Virus record (IMG/VR): IMGVR_UViG_2541047773_000007
Reading direction: 5' to 3' (one strand)
DNA: 46,421 bases
Origin: a virus
Lineage: Duplodnaviria; Heunggongvirae; Uroviricota; Caudoviricetes
Shown: one piece after another, positions 1-10,500 of the stretch
Position numbering within the stretch: position 1 is the stretch's first letter
Layout: each line of letters begins with the position of its first letter
The notes under the pieces: model-generated
Databases searched by the model: none
What the model saw: only the letters and a program-made list of their open reading frames with translations
What the model was told of the DNA's origin: nothing
Position numbers and translations under genes: made by a program

Positions 1-1284
1 TTACAGACTTCTGGACGGTTGCGCAGCTCTTACAACATGTGGTTGATCTTCTGCGGCGTCTTGCAGCGCACTTAAATCACGGTCTTTCACTTCTGGCATT
101 TTCAGCGCAGAGATTAAACCAATCACAGAATATGCCATGATCATAATGGCGATCGGATACCAGGATTCCGTCATGGTGCAGAAAATCCCCGCCAGGATAG
201 GACCAAAACCGGAAGCGATAAGACCACCAATTTCTTTAGAAATAGCCATTCGGGTAAAGCGGTTTTTACAGCCGAACATTTCTGCCATGGTAATGTTTTC
301 CAGAGCAAATAATCCAAGCACCGCACAGTTATGAATCACAATCAGTGCAACCATAATGGTGCTCGGGGCATAGCTTTTATCTACGATGATAGAAAGCATT
401 GGCCATGCCAGCACAATCGCAGAGGTATTCATAATAATATACGGGATCCGGCGACCAATTTTATCGGATAACCAACCAAGGAACGGAATGGTCATAAAGC
501 CGAGAATCGAACTGATCATCAATGCATCTGTTGGAATTGCTTTGTTAAACAATAACGTCTGCACTAAATAGCCTGCAAGGAAAGTCTGAATTAAACCTGA
601 GTTACCAGCCTGACCAAAACGCAGCCCTGTTGCCAGCCAGAAGGATTTGCTCTGGAACATGCTACCAGCAGGTGCAGGTTTTGCTGTCGGTTGGTTGCTG
701 TCGTTAACCTTCTCAAAGACCGGGCTTTCTTTCAGATTCATACGCAACCAGATAGCAAAGACCATCACGACAACGCTCGCCAGGAAAGGTATACGCCATC
801 CCCACGCCAGCAGTTCCTCTTTACTGAGAATGAAGAACATAAAGGCCCAGATTGCCGTTGCGCTCAAGGTTCCGCAGTTAGTTCCCATAGCCACAAATGA
901 GGAGATAATTCCGCGCTTACCTTTTGGCGCATATTCCGCCAGCATCGTACCGGCACCGGAAATTTCCGCACCTGCACCCAACCCCTGAATAATACGCAGC
1001 GTCACCAGCAAGATGGGGGCAAAAACACCAATTTGTGCATAAGTCGGTAACACACCAATTAAGGTGGTACAGATCCCCATCATGGTGATGGTAATAAAGA
1101 GCACTTTTTTACGCCCTATTCTGTCGCCCATTTTGCCGAAAATAAATGCTCCGACAATACGTGCCACATAACCTGCACCATAGGTTCCCATTGCCAGAAT
1201 TAACGCCATTGCCGTTGATGATTCAGGAAAAAATATTTCATGAAACACTAACGCTGCGCCGAGCGAATATAACTGGAAATCCAT
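1..1284 (-). CDS. ydfJ: MFS metabolite:H+ symporter, apparently N-terminally truncated (YdfJ-like)
   Basis: 427-aa polytopic protein with sugar-transporter-like motifs (GKMGDRIGRK, WGWRIPF); N-terminus begins inside the first TM region compared with ShiA/KgtP-type relatives; lies directly next to a Qin-type prophage end. Confidence 0.6.
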   Translation of the reverse strand: MDFQLYSLGAALVFHEIFFPESSTAMALILAMGTYGAGYVARIVGAFIFGKMGDRIGRKKVLFITITMMGICTTLIGVLPTYAQIGVFAPILLVTLRIIQGLGAGAEISGAGTMLAEYAPKGKRGIISSFVAMGTNCGTLSATAIWAFMFFILSKEELLAWGWRIPFLASVVVMVFAIWLRMNLKESPVFEKVNDSNQPTAKPAPAGSMFQSKSFWLATGLRFGQAGNSGLIQTFLAGYLVQTLLFNKAIPTDALMISSILGFMTIPFLGWLSDKIGRRIPYIIMNTSAIVLAWPMLSIIVDKSYAPSTIMVALIVIHNCAVLGLFALENITMAEMFGCKNRFTRMAISKEIGGLIASGFGPILAGIFCTMTESWYPIAIMIMAYSVIGLISALKMPEVKDRDLSALQDAAEDQPHVVRAAQPSRSL

Positions 1285-2069
1285 AATTCACAGGTGTTTT
1301 TTCCCATCCTGTGGTTTCCTTGGCGTTTTCTAGGTTTTTTCAGATAGTTGCATTTTTTAAAAAGCATCCTAAGTTCGATCTCAGTGTCTATCTGGGGCCT
1401 ATTTCTGTCCCATATATGCCCCAAAAAAACTCCTCAACAGATAAGTAGTTTTTTCATGGAGTTACGCGTAAAATCAATAACGGCTGGAAATCATTCAATA
1501 CTCGCACTATCGAAAAATTTACCAGCCAACCGCAGCACGTTCTTGCATAAGGCGTGTCTGCGGTTTTTCAACTATTCAGATACATCACTCCCATCACATT
1601 CATTCCTCCGCATCAAAGGCATATAGGCTATATCACCTTGATATTTTTCTTCTTCAGATAAAAACTGTTATCTATGTATACTTTTAAACCCAATCCGTGT
1701 AGAGTCTCTGCATAAGATAGTTTGCAGTTGCCACTTCAGCTTGCGCCATAAACCGCCTGATTTTTGCCGCCATCTGTTAGCATTCCTGTATACCTGAAAC
1801 GACAATGTTTATCTACGAACTTTAAGAACACCCAGGATAAAAATTGTCAACTATATCATATATAACACATTACTAATTCGAGGCTATATGAACAGCATAC
1901 TGATAATCACTTCGCTCCTTATCATATTCAGCATTTTTAGTCATGCTCTAATAAAATTAGGGATTGGCATATCCAATAACCCAGACAAAACCGATGTATA
2001 AGTCAACATATCCTGAATCAGACATACAATATCGCAATGAAAATCAATAATATTTTAAGGAATATATTC

Positions 2070-2303
2070 ATGAAATCAAAAGACACCCTAAAGTGGTTCC
2101 CTGCGCAGCTTCCTGAAGTCAGAATTATCCTAGGGGATGCTGTAGTGGAAGTAGCAAAACAGGGAAGACCTATCAATACCAGAACATTGCTTGATTACAT
2201 TGAAGGAAACATAAAGAAAAAATCATGGCTGGATAACAAAGAATTATTACAAACAGCGATATCAGTTCTTAAAGACAACCAAAATTTAAATGGTAAAATG
2301 TAA
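2070..2303 (+). CDS. ydfK: YdfK/YnaE-family cold-shock-induced prophage protein
   Basis: 77-aa product MKSKDTLKWFPAQLPEVRIILGDAVVEVAKQGRPINTRTLL... starting at the internal ATG of the 88-aa track ORF; matches recalled K-12 YdfK. Confidence 0.7.
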   Translation: MKSKDTLKWFPAQLPEVRIILGDAVVEVAKQGRPINTRTLLDYIEGNIKKKSWLDNKELLQTAISVLKDNQNLNGKM

Positions 2304-2619
2304 TATAATAAACTTACTTCTTTATCATTTTTCCACTTTAACAACATTTTGCTCCACTTTTCCACGACCAAACAACTTGAAATCTGGTTAAAATAACACG
2401 CAACACTATTCTTCTTCCTTGAGTCCGCCCGGAACTCGAAAAACAAACCGAGTTAAAGCTATTTTTCACAAAATCGATTTTGGGTCTCACCAAAATTACG
2501 GGGTTGCATACGCATTCGTTTATTTTCGAACGTGTACATACAAACATGCACAAAAATAATCAAAATTATTTTCTGAGATGCATTATGATATGAACACCAA
2601 TTTCGTATAGAGTCTCACT

Positions 2620-3210
2620 ATGTCTCGAATTTTTGCTTACTGTCGGATATCAACGCTGGATCAGACCACCGAAAATCAACGCCGGGAAATCGAAAGTGCA
2701 GGTTTTAAAATCAAACCTCAGCAAATAATCGAAGAACACATTAGCGGCTCAGCAGCAACCAGTGAGCGTCCTGGTTTTAACCGGTTGCTTGCTCGCCTGA
2801 AATGTGGTGATCAATTGATTGTGACAAAACTGGATCGCCTTGGTTGTAATGCAATGGATATCAGGAAAACAGTGGAACAACTGACCGAAACAGGTATCAG
2901 AGTGCATTGCTTAGCATTGGGGGGCATTGACCTGACCAGTCCAACAGGAAAAATGATGATGCAAGTAATTTCAGCAGTCGCTGAATTTGAACGAGACCTT
3001 TTACTTGAACGCACTCATTCCGGGATAGTAAGAGCCCGGGGCGCAGGGAAACGTTTTGGTCGACCACCTGTGTTAAATGAAGAACAGAAACAGGTGGTAT
3101 TCGAACGGATTAAGTCAGGTGTAAGTATAAGTGCCATTGCCCGGGAATTCAAAACCTCGCGGCAAACCATTTTAAGAGCCAAAGCAAAACTTCAGACACC
3201 TGACATATAA
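2620..3210 (+). CDS. pin: Serine recombinase, Pin/Gin/Hin-family DNA invertase
   Basis: 196 aa; N-terminal catalytic region [14 protein letters not shown] (Ser nucleophile), resolvase core, C-terminal HTH; Pin-like size. Confidence 0.9.
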
Positions 3211-3437
3211 AAAATAATCTCGGTGTGAGATGCCTTACGTCTTCCAAGCCCCCTTCCTTGCCGTAAATGGAAAGATACATCTAATTATAGAATTTATATG
3301 TTTTACCCTACGGCAGTGCTGGCCATTCAATATCCTGTGCAGTTGACGTATCAACACGGTTCAGCAACACCCGATACTTCTTCCAGGCTTCCCGCAACGA
3401 GGTTTCTTCCTCCGTTGCATATACAGCTCACCTTTTT

Positions 3438-3746
3438 TCACCCACGATTAACCAACAGCCAGACCAGCAGACACGCCACCACCGGCACAGCAAAATCCAT
3501 CAGGCTTGCCACATCCCACGCGCGCGGATCAAAACCGCCCCACCACGGCATATTCATTCGCTTGCCATGCCCGAACATTTCAATCCAGCGATATTCTGCC
3601 TGGGTGTGTTCACGCGCAATGAAGAACGTACAACCGGCTATCGCCCCGTAAGCCCAGTTCCCGGTAAAAAGACCAATCAGTAGCTGCGCAGCCACAGCAC
3701 AAAGCGCATGAAGGAAAGGTGTTATATCCATTTTCATCCTACCCAA
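3438..3746 (-). CDS. Small hydrophobic protein of unknown function
   Basis: 102-aa ORF with two strongly hydrophobic segments between the tail-fibre genes and pin; no recognised domain. Confidence 0.4.
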   Translation of the reverse strand: MGRMKMDITPFLHALCAVAAQLLIGLFTGNWAYGAIAGCTFFIAREHTQAEYRWIEMFGHGKRMNMPWWGGFDPRAWDVASLMDFAVPVVACLLVWLLVNRG

Positions 3747-3773
3747 TAAAACGGGGCGCTCGGCCCCTTAATA

Positions 3774-4814
3774 TTATTTAGACGCAAGCGCCGCCTCAAT
3801 TGCAGATAATCTTTGTCTTAATTCTGCGTTTTCTTCTTCCAGTGCTGTTATTCTGTCGTCTGACTCTCTGGCTACCTGAACAAGCAAGCCAGTAACACCA
3901 GAATAATCTACTGTGTAATAACGTTCACCTTCTTCACCTTCCGATCCGCTTGCACCGTCCTGATATTTCATTGCGGAACCTACAACTTCTGGGATTGCTT
4001 CCAGAGCTTCCTGTGCAATGACACCAGCATAGGGCATACCGTTTTCTTTAAGCGTGTATGTATAGCCGTTCATTTTACGGATGCGGTCGGTTGCATTATC
4101 GATCACCTGAATGTTGTCTTTCAGATCCCGGTCGGAATGCTGGTTAAATGCGGTGGCATGACATGCACCATTAACGCTTAACATATAGGTGTTATCGGTA
4201 TTTTTCTGCGCATAGAACATATAAGCGCCACCATCAACACCGACTTCATAAACAACAGGACGGCTGGTGTTGCCCCACAATTGAGCAGTAACACCAGCAT
4301 AAGCGGTTCCCTGTGTGTTTAATGTCATGGTTGACCCATGATTGGCATATTTGATCTGTAATGTGTCGGTGTAATCAAATTTAATAAGCGCGTTACTTCC
4401 ACGCTTGCTGTATGACATAAGGCAGTTACCCATTTTGAGGTATCCGCTGTCACCGGGAAAAATCATCGTACCGCCATAAAGGTTGGTAAAGTCCCAGCAA
4501 ATGTTTGTCCCGTTATCGTTCAGGTTAAGGCGCGCCATTGCGTTACCTGGACTGTCTATCCATTTTTTGAGGTATAGTTCGCAATACGCATCCTCAACAC
4601 CTGCCGTCCTGTGAGTTGAGCGGAGTTTTCTCCCAAATATAGCTCCGCTAGTTGGCAATACCTGCTGATACCATGAAGCAGACCAGTCACCAACGATTTC
4701 ATCTTTGCTGTCTACATATAATTTTGTTGCGTAGCTTCCTTGATCGTTTTTTAATTTGCTAACGTCGGATTTTAGCGTTTTGATGTCATCAGGAATTACT
4801 GTCGATGTAGCCAT
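3774..4814 (-). CDS. Tail-fibre/tailspike-like protein with C-terminal intramolecular chaperone (peptidase S74-like) domain
   Basis: 346 aa; C-terminus DRDLKDNIQVIDNATDRIRKMNGYTYTLKENGMPYAGVIAQEALEAIPEVV...RITALEEENAELRQRL is typical of auto-cleaving chaperone domains of phage fibres and endosialidases. Confidence 0.7.
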   Translation of the reverse strand: MATSTVIPDDIKTLKSDVSKLKNDQGSYATKLYVDSKDEIVGDWSASWYQQVLPTSGAIFGRKLRSTHRTAGVEDAYCELYLKKWIDSPGNAMARLNLNDNGTNICWDFTNLYGGTMIFPGDSGYLKMGNCLMSYSKRGSNALIKFDYTDTLQIKYANHGSTMTLNTQGTAYAGVTAQLWGNTSRPVVYEVGVDGGAYMFYAQKNTDNTYMLSVNGACHATAFNQHSDRDLKDNIQVIDNATDRIRKMNGYTYTLKENGMPYAGVIAQEALEAIPEVVGSAMKYQDGASGSEGEEGERYYTVDYSGVTGLLVQVARESDDRITALEEENAELRQRLSAIEAALASK

Positions 4815-4823
4815 TTTTCTTCC

Positions 4824-5105
4824 TCACATCCAGCCACGAAGTTGATGCTCAACAGCAACCACGTATTCATCGAATAATGACGATATTTGCGAATCATTAA
4901 TGATGCGCACGTTTACAAAATATCCGTCTTCCTTAACACATACCGGTTCGCCATCTTCAGTCAGTTCTCCGGTTTCTTTGTACACGTTACCTATCACGTC
5001 AATAAGAATATCATCCTGCATCGACTCGTCATCATAATAGCCAGTGCTATCCATAAAGGCCGAAAAGTCGGCCCTGTCGGCAAATTTGAGTGTTAAATCT
5101 TTCAT
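4824..5105 (-). CDS. Hypothetical acidic protein in tail-fibre operon
   Basis: 93-aa ORF translationally coupled (ATGA overlap) to the stf stop; acidic; no recognised motif. Confidence 0.45.
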   Translation of the reverse strand: MKDLTLKFADRADFSAFMDSTGYYDDESMQDDILIDVIGNVYKETGELTEDGEPVCVKEDGYFVNVRIINDSQISSLFDEYVVAVEHQLRGWM

Positions 5106-7483
5106 TAGATTGACTCCCCCACCTGAGCATCAGTCAATGCCTTGTGCCATATTCTGAAATTCCTGACATGACCAAATAAATGACGTAACCCGGCTGTAGT
5201 CTGGCCTCCAATACGGATAATTGCGGTGTTCTGAATACAGGACCATGTGGTTTTTGTTTCGCTGGATATATGCCCGTTACTTACTGAGCACGTAGACTGC
5301 TCTGACTTTACACGCATCCCCATAACCATTTTTTCAAGCGATGCGTTTTCGTTTACCCGTCTGTTAGCTCCTCCAATATCGCAATAAGGAAATCCGTCGT
5401 AATCTGTTGAACGACCGAAGCCAAGAATAATAGCCGCTCCGGTTTGATGACCGCCGGTATCAAAAACACGTGGCGCTGCATTTGGCGTTTTATACCAGTT
5501 CTTATGTACCTCACAAAGAACCGTAAAAGGAAGATTATAAAGATTATTCTTAATTGGAACTGTAACTATATCGCTTGCGCGGGTCGCCGCCGTCGCTCCT
5601 GATATAATAAAAGATGATACACAAGGCCCATCTTCTACTTGTGGGGTGGCCAGATAAATATAGTCACCAGATACGGTTGCCCCGCTCTGCTTAGGAGAAT
5701 ACTGTATCTGAGAGCCTATTTTTAACTCCCCATCAATTGCCTGAATTGTTGCCTCTGCAAAAATCCATCCGGTAGCTTCGTCCTTTCTGACTCTCGCTGT
5801 AATCCTTGAGGCAGCACCGCCTGTCATATTAATTTCAAGCGTTTGTGTATCAATATACGCATCACCAAGAAAAGTTGTTGCGCTACCGTCATATTTATCA
5901 AACCGGATACGCAACCTTACCTGCAGTTCTGTTTTAAAACGACATGAGGTTGTCACGTGTTTATTATCGCCTGAGACATCAACTGACTTTGTTGCAGCAA
6001 TTGATGCCATATTAATGGCTGAGGTTTGCCCAATCAGAGAATCGTTGCAGACAAACTTTCCATAGGTAAAACCAAAATTATCCGTCCCTGTTTCGGGCAC
6101 ATCCATATTTGACGATCGCCCCCAACTGGCAGGGCTTTCCGAATTGAGCATGTAGTTTGTTCTTTGCCCCTCAATAAGCAGGCCATCACGTTCAAATCGT
6201 GGCTCGTCAATGGCAGCCTCTGTCAGCACACCAGATTTGTTAATATAGGTTGCTTTCGATGCACGTTTAAACTTAACAATCTTGTCGCCAGGCATCGTTA
6301 TTTCATCGTCACCAATAACAATTTTTTTATATGACGGCGAAAAGCCCGTAATCATATCCAGCGAATCGTTAAATGGTATCCACACATCAGGCAGCGGCTG
6401 TAAGACATATTTATACGGCTCCGCAGCCTGGCTTGCGTACTCTCTGGCTGCATCTTCGCTTGCTTTAGCTGCCGTCTGGCTTGCTGCCGATGCTTTCGCT
6501 GAGTTCGCAGCCGCTGTTTCGCTCACCTTTGCGTTGGTTTCACTGGTTTTTGCTGCTTTTTGACTGTTAGCTGATGCAGTGGCAGAAGCAGCCGCCGCGC
6601 TTGCAGAACTGGCTGCGGCACTCTCGCTTTGAGCCGCTGCATCCTGACTGCTTTTCGCCGCAGTTTCACTGGCTTTGGCATTCGTTTCGCTGGTCTTCGC
6701 TGCCGTCTGGCTGGACTTTGCGTTAGTTTCACTCGTCTTCGCAGCTTTCTGGCTGTTAGCCGTAGCAGTTGCTGATCCAGCTGCTGAAGTCGCAGAACCG
6801 GCTGCCGCGCTCTCGCTTTGGGCTGCTGCAACCTGGCTGTTTTTTGCCGCAGTTTCACTGGCTTTAGCATTCGTTTCGCTGGTCTTCGCTGCCGTCTGGC
6901 TGGACTTTGCGTTGGTTTCGCTCGTCTTTGCGGCTGTCTCGCTATTTTTCGCGTTGGTTTCTGATTTTTTAGCTGCTGTTGCGGAGTTTGCCGATGCAGT
7001 CTGCGAGGCCGCTGCCGCCTGTGCGCTGTTAGCTGCATTCGTTTCTGAGGTTTTCGCCGCGTTCTTCGATGATGCCGCTGCAGTTTCGGATTTCTTTGCC
7101 GCCGCTGCGCTCTGAGAGGCGGCTTCAGCGTTGCGTGCCGCTTCTTCCACCATTTCCTCAAAACGACGCAATGCCTCCGGCATGACATCATCTTCCGTCA
7201 TGGCACCGAGAAAATCATTCAGCGTACCTGGTCTGGAACCTTCATAGACGGTAATGGTTCCGGCATGTGAAGGCGGAAAACCTTCAACAAGCAGGATAAC
7301 GCTGTACTGGCCATACTCAACATCCATGCTGTAACGCCCGGCTTCATCCGGATTTTCAGAGGCCACCGTGTTCACCAGTACCGTGGTGCTGTTACGCTTT
7401 GCCTTCAGTTGAATAGTGCAGTTCTGTATTGGTTTTCCCGCACCATCTTTCAGCACACCTGAAATCTGTACTGCCATACTCAC
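5105..7483 (-). CDS. stf: Side tail fibre protein (Stf) with distinct C-terminal receptor-binding region
   Basis: 792 aa; N-terminus MSMAVQISGVLKDGAGKPIQNCTIQLKAKRNSTTV... is lambda Stf-like; long SETNAK/AAKTSETNAK repeat tract; C-terminal roughly 430 aa unrelated to lambda Stf. Confidence 0.85.
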   Translation of the reverse strand: MSMAVQISGVLKDGAGKPIQNCTIQLKAKRNSTTVLVNTVASENPDEAGRYSMDVEYGQYSVILLVEGFPPSHAGTITVYEGSRPGTLNDFLGAMTEDDVMPEALRRFEEMVEEAARNAEAASQSAAAAKKSETAAASSKNAAKTSETNAANSAQAAAASQTASANSATAAKKSETNAKNSETAAKTSETNAKSSQTAAKTSETNAKASETAAKNSQVAAAQSESAAAGSATSAAGSATATANSQKAAKTSETNAKSSQTAAKTSETNAKASETAAKSSQDAAAQSESAAASSASAAAASATASANSQKAAKTSETNAKVSETAAANSAKASAASQTAAKASEDAAREYASQAAEPYKYVLQPLPDVWIPFNDSLDMITGFSPSYKKIVIGDDEITMPGDKIVKFKRASKATYINKSGVLTEAAIDEPRFERDGLLIEGQRTNYMLNSESPASWGRSSNMDVPETGTDNFGFTYGKFVCNDSLIGQTSAINMASIAATKSVDVSGDNKHVTTSCRFKTELQVRLRIRFDKYDGSATTFLGDAYIDTQTLEINMTGGAASRITARVRKDEATGWIFAEATIQAIDGELKIGSQIQYSPKQSGATVSGDYIYLATPQVEDGPCVSSFIISGATAATRASDIVTVPIKNNLYNLPFTVLCEVHKNWYKTPNAAPRVFDTGGHQTGAAIILGFGRSTDYDGFPYCDIGGANRRVNENASLEKMVMGMRVKSEQSTCSVSNGHISSETKTTWSCIQNTAIIRIGGQTTAGLRHLFGHVRNFRIWHKALTDAQVGESI

Positions 7484-7537
7484 TCCACAAATAAAAAAGG
7501 CGCCATTTCTGGCGCCCGTATTGGGGTTATAAATATT

Positions 7538-10500
7538 TCAACGGATACTGATACCGGAAGCAGCTTTTTTGGTCACAATCACCGTACAGTCTGTGATGTT
7601 ACCTGCGCCCTGATTGCCTTTCTGGAAAATCTTAAACTCCAGAGTGACGTTACCACCACCACTCGGCATATCAATAACCGCACTGTAACTACCGGGAATG
7701 GCTCCTTTAGTTTCTCTGGATGCGATTAATACGCCATTTTTGCGAACTTCAAAACCATAACCCGTGTATCGCGTACCTCCCGGGTTATTACCGCTCCCCG
7801 GATCGTCATACGCCACACCGTTAAAAATAATGGGCGGAATAATGATTTGGCGGTCAAAGTTATGATCATCGTAAATGGTGACTGTAACCGTCCCGTTTGG
7901 TGTTTCCGTGTTACCCCACGTACCAGCCTTTTTCGGGAATGATTTGGATACAGTTTTAACGAAGTCACCTCTGACCTGGTTCGCCTCCAGCATGCCCTTA
8001 ATCGTACAGTTTTCATTTACCGTGACATTATTGAGCGTCCCGGAGTTCGCATTCACGTTACCGCTGATATCGGCATTTTTCGCCGTCAGCCGCCCGTCCG
8101 GTGTCAGGGAAAATACCGGAGGATTGCCGCCACTGGTAATGGTGGGAGCCGTCAGATACTTCAGGAACACTTCGTTCATGAATATCTGGTTGCCCTGCGC
8201 CACAAACATCGGCGTTTCATTCCCGTTTGCCGGGTCAATAAACGCGATACGGTTAGCGGCAACCAGGAACTGGCTCAGTTTGCCTTCCTCCGTATCCTCC
8301 ATGCTGAGGCCAAGCCCCGCGACATAATGTTTGCCGTCTTTGGTCTGCTCAATTTTGACGCCCCACATGGCATTCCATTTATCGTTGGCGTCCTTCCACT
8401 CTTTCGAAAACTCCTCCAGTCTGCTGGCGTTATCCTCCGTCAGCTCGACTTTTTCCAGCAGCTCCTTGCCGAGATGGGATTCGGTTATCTTGCCTTTGAA
8501 AAAATCCAGGTAACCTTCCGCATCATCGCTCGCCCGACCGACGGCCTCCACGAATGCCGATTTGCCAACGGTGTTCACACTGCGGATGTAAAAATAATAA
8601 TCATGGCCCGGTTTGATATTGATACTGGCGGCTATCCAGTACAGCGCCGTACCAAGATAGCGGGCTGTGGTTTCAACCTGCCTGATATCGGTAATCCGCT
8701 TTTCCGAGAACCAGAACTCAAACTGTACCGTCGGATCATAAACCGCAAGATGCGGCGTGGCGGTTATCTGAAAATAGCCCGGCGTCAGCTCAATCCGCGA
8801 TGGTGCTGCCGGTGCGGCAATCCGGAACGATACCGACGCCGGATCGCCCTGCTGCCCCCACGCATTTACCGCCCGGACTGTCAGACTGTAATTTCCCAGA
8901 GCCAGCTGCCTGAAGCGGTATGTGGTTTCCGTCGTCCGGGCCGTGCTGACCAGCCGCTCACTGCCGTCATCCGCTGCCACGGTCAGGCGAAGCATAAAGC
9001 TCACGCCCTTCACCACCTTCGGCGTATCCCAGCGCGCCAGCACCTGGTATTCCCCGCTGTCTGCGGTGACTTCGGCGGTCAGGTGCTGCACCGCTGGCGG
9101 CGTGACACCATTCACCGTGCCGCTCTGGTCGCCGTCAAAGTGCGCCCCGTTATCCACGATGGCTTCTTTTTCCGGTACATGCTGCACGGCAGTGATGGCA
9201 TACGTGCCGTCATCGTTCTCACGGATACTCACACAGCGGAACAGGCGCTGACGCAACGTCGGCAACTTCAGCCCCCACACACTGTATTCTGCAACGCCGT
9301 CAGGAACCCGATTCACTTTCACCTTAAGTCCGTCGGTGACGGACTGAACCTCCACGCTGACCGGATTACCACTTCCGTCAACCAGGCTTATCAGCGTGGT
9401 ACCGGAGGATGGCAGCGTGATTTCACGGTCGAGCGTCAGCGTCCGGGTCTGGCTGTTCACCGCCAGCACGCGACCACCGGTGCTGATACCGGCATAGTCA
9501 TCATCGCAGATTTCAATGACATCGCCCGGTACATGGCGAAGCCCTTCAGCACCCACGCTGAAATCCACGGTCTGCGTCTCCAGCAGTTCCGTTTTAATCA
9601 GCCACAGCCCGGCGCGGTGTGCCTGCCCCCGGCTGGTACAGCCAAAGGCATCCATCTTCGTGACATTACGACCGTAACGGGCAATGGCCTGCGTATCTTC
9701 AACAAGCTCTGTCGCCGTCTCCCAGCCGTTGTTCGGGTCAATCCAGTTCACCTCAACGGCATTATGGCGGTCCTTCAGGGCGCTGAAGCTGTAGCGGAAC
9801 GGCGCGCCATCATCCGGCATCACCACATTACTGCGGTTATAGGTCCACACCTTATCTGATGGTCGGTCCTGCACGAACGTCAGCGTCTGCCCGTTCCATA
9901 CCGGCATACAGCGCATCGCCGAGCAGAAATCACTGAGCACATCCCACGCCTTACGCTGCGTGGTCAGCCAGGCATTACAGGTGATGCGCGGCTCCGTGCC
10001 GCCAAAGCCGTCCGGCACCGACTGGTCGCAGTACTGGCCGATGACATACAGCGCCCATTTATCCACATCCGACGCACCAAGACGTTTTCCCATGCCGTAG
10101 CGCGGATGGGTCAGCATATCCCACAGACACCAGGCCATGTTGTTGCTGTATGCTGGCTTAAACGTTCCGTCCCAGATACCGCTGTATTGTCGCGTCTGCG
10201 GGTTATAGTTCGACGGCACCTGCAGAATGCGCCCGCGAAGATGATAATTACGACTCACCTGCTGGCTGCCGAACTGTTCCGAGTCCACCTGCACGCCAAC
10301 CAGTGCCGTGTTCGGGTAGCACTGTTTCACATCGATGATTTCGGTGTATGACGACCAGAGCGTTTTGTTCTGCAGCTGGTCTGTGGTGCTGTCCGGTGTC
10401 ATCCTGCGCATCCGGATATTAAACGGGCGCGGCGGCAGGTTACCCACCACCACCGATGCCAGATACTGTGAGGTGGTTTTGCCTTTAATGGTGATGTCTT

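Noticed and set aside
1-1284. Identification of the transporter as shikimate transporter ShiA
   Set aside because: Family resemblance only; the N-terminal truncation and direct adjacency to ydfK/pin of a Qin-type prophage fit the ydfJ insertion site better. Exact identity still needs alignment.
1348-1626. 92-aa ORF in the AT-rich prophage-host junction
   Set aside because: Low-complexity translation in AT-rich non-coding DNA; no start context or coupling; likely spurious.
2421-2450. Hairpin-like CTCG-AAAAACAAAC-CGAG upstream of pin as a Pin crossover site
   Set aside because: Only partial resemblance to gix/hix-type sites and no inverted partner found; kept only as a weak candidate in the pin finding.
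6523-7191. 222-aa Arg/Gln-rich ORF (minus strand) and 146-aa Ala/Phe-rich ORF (6675-7115, plus strand) inside the stf repeat region
   Set aside because: Alternative-frame or antisense readings of the repetitive stf shaft sequence; extreme low-complexity composition; stf itself is well supported in this interval.
8327-9859. 510-aa ORF on the plus strand
   Set aside because: Entirely antisense to the well-supported J gene; Arg/Pro/His-rich composition typical of antisense artefacts in GC-rich coding DNA.
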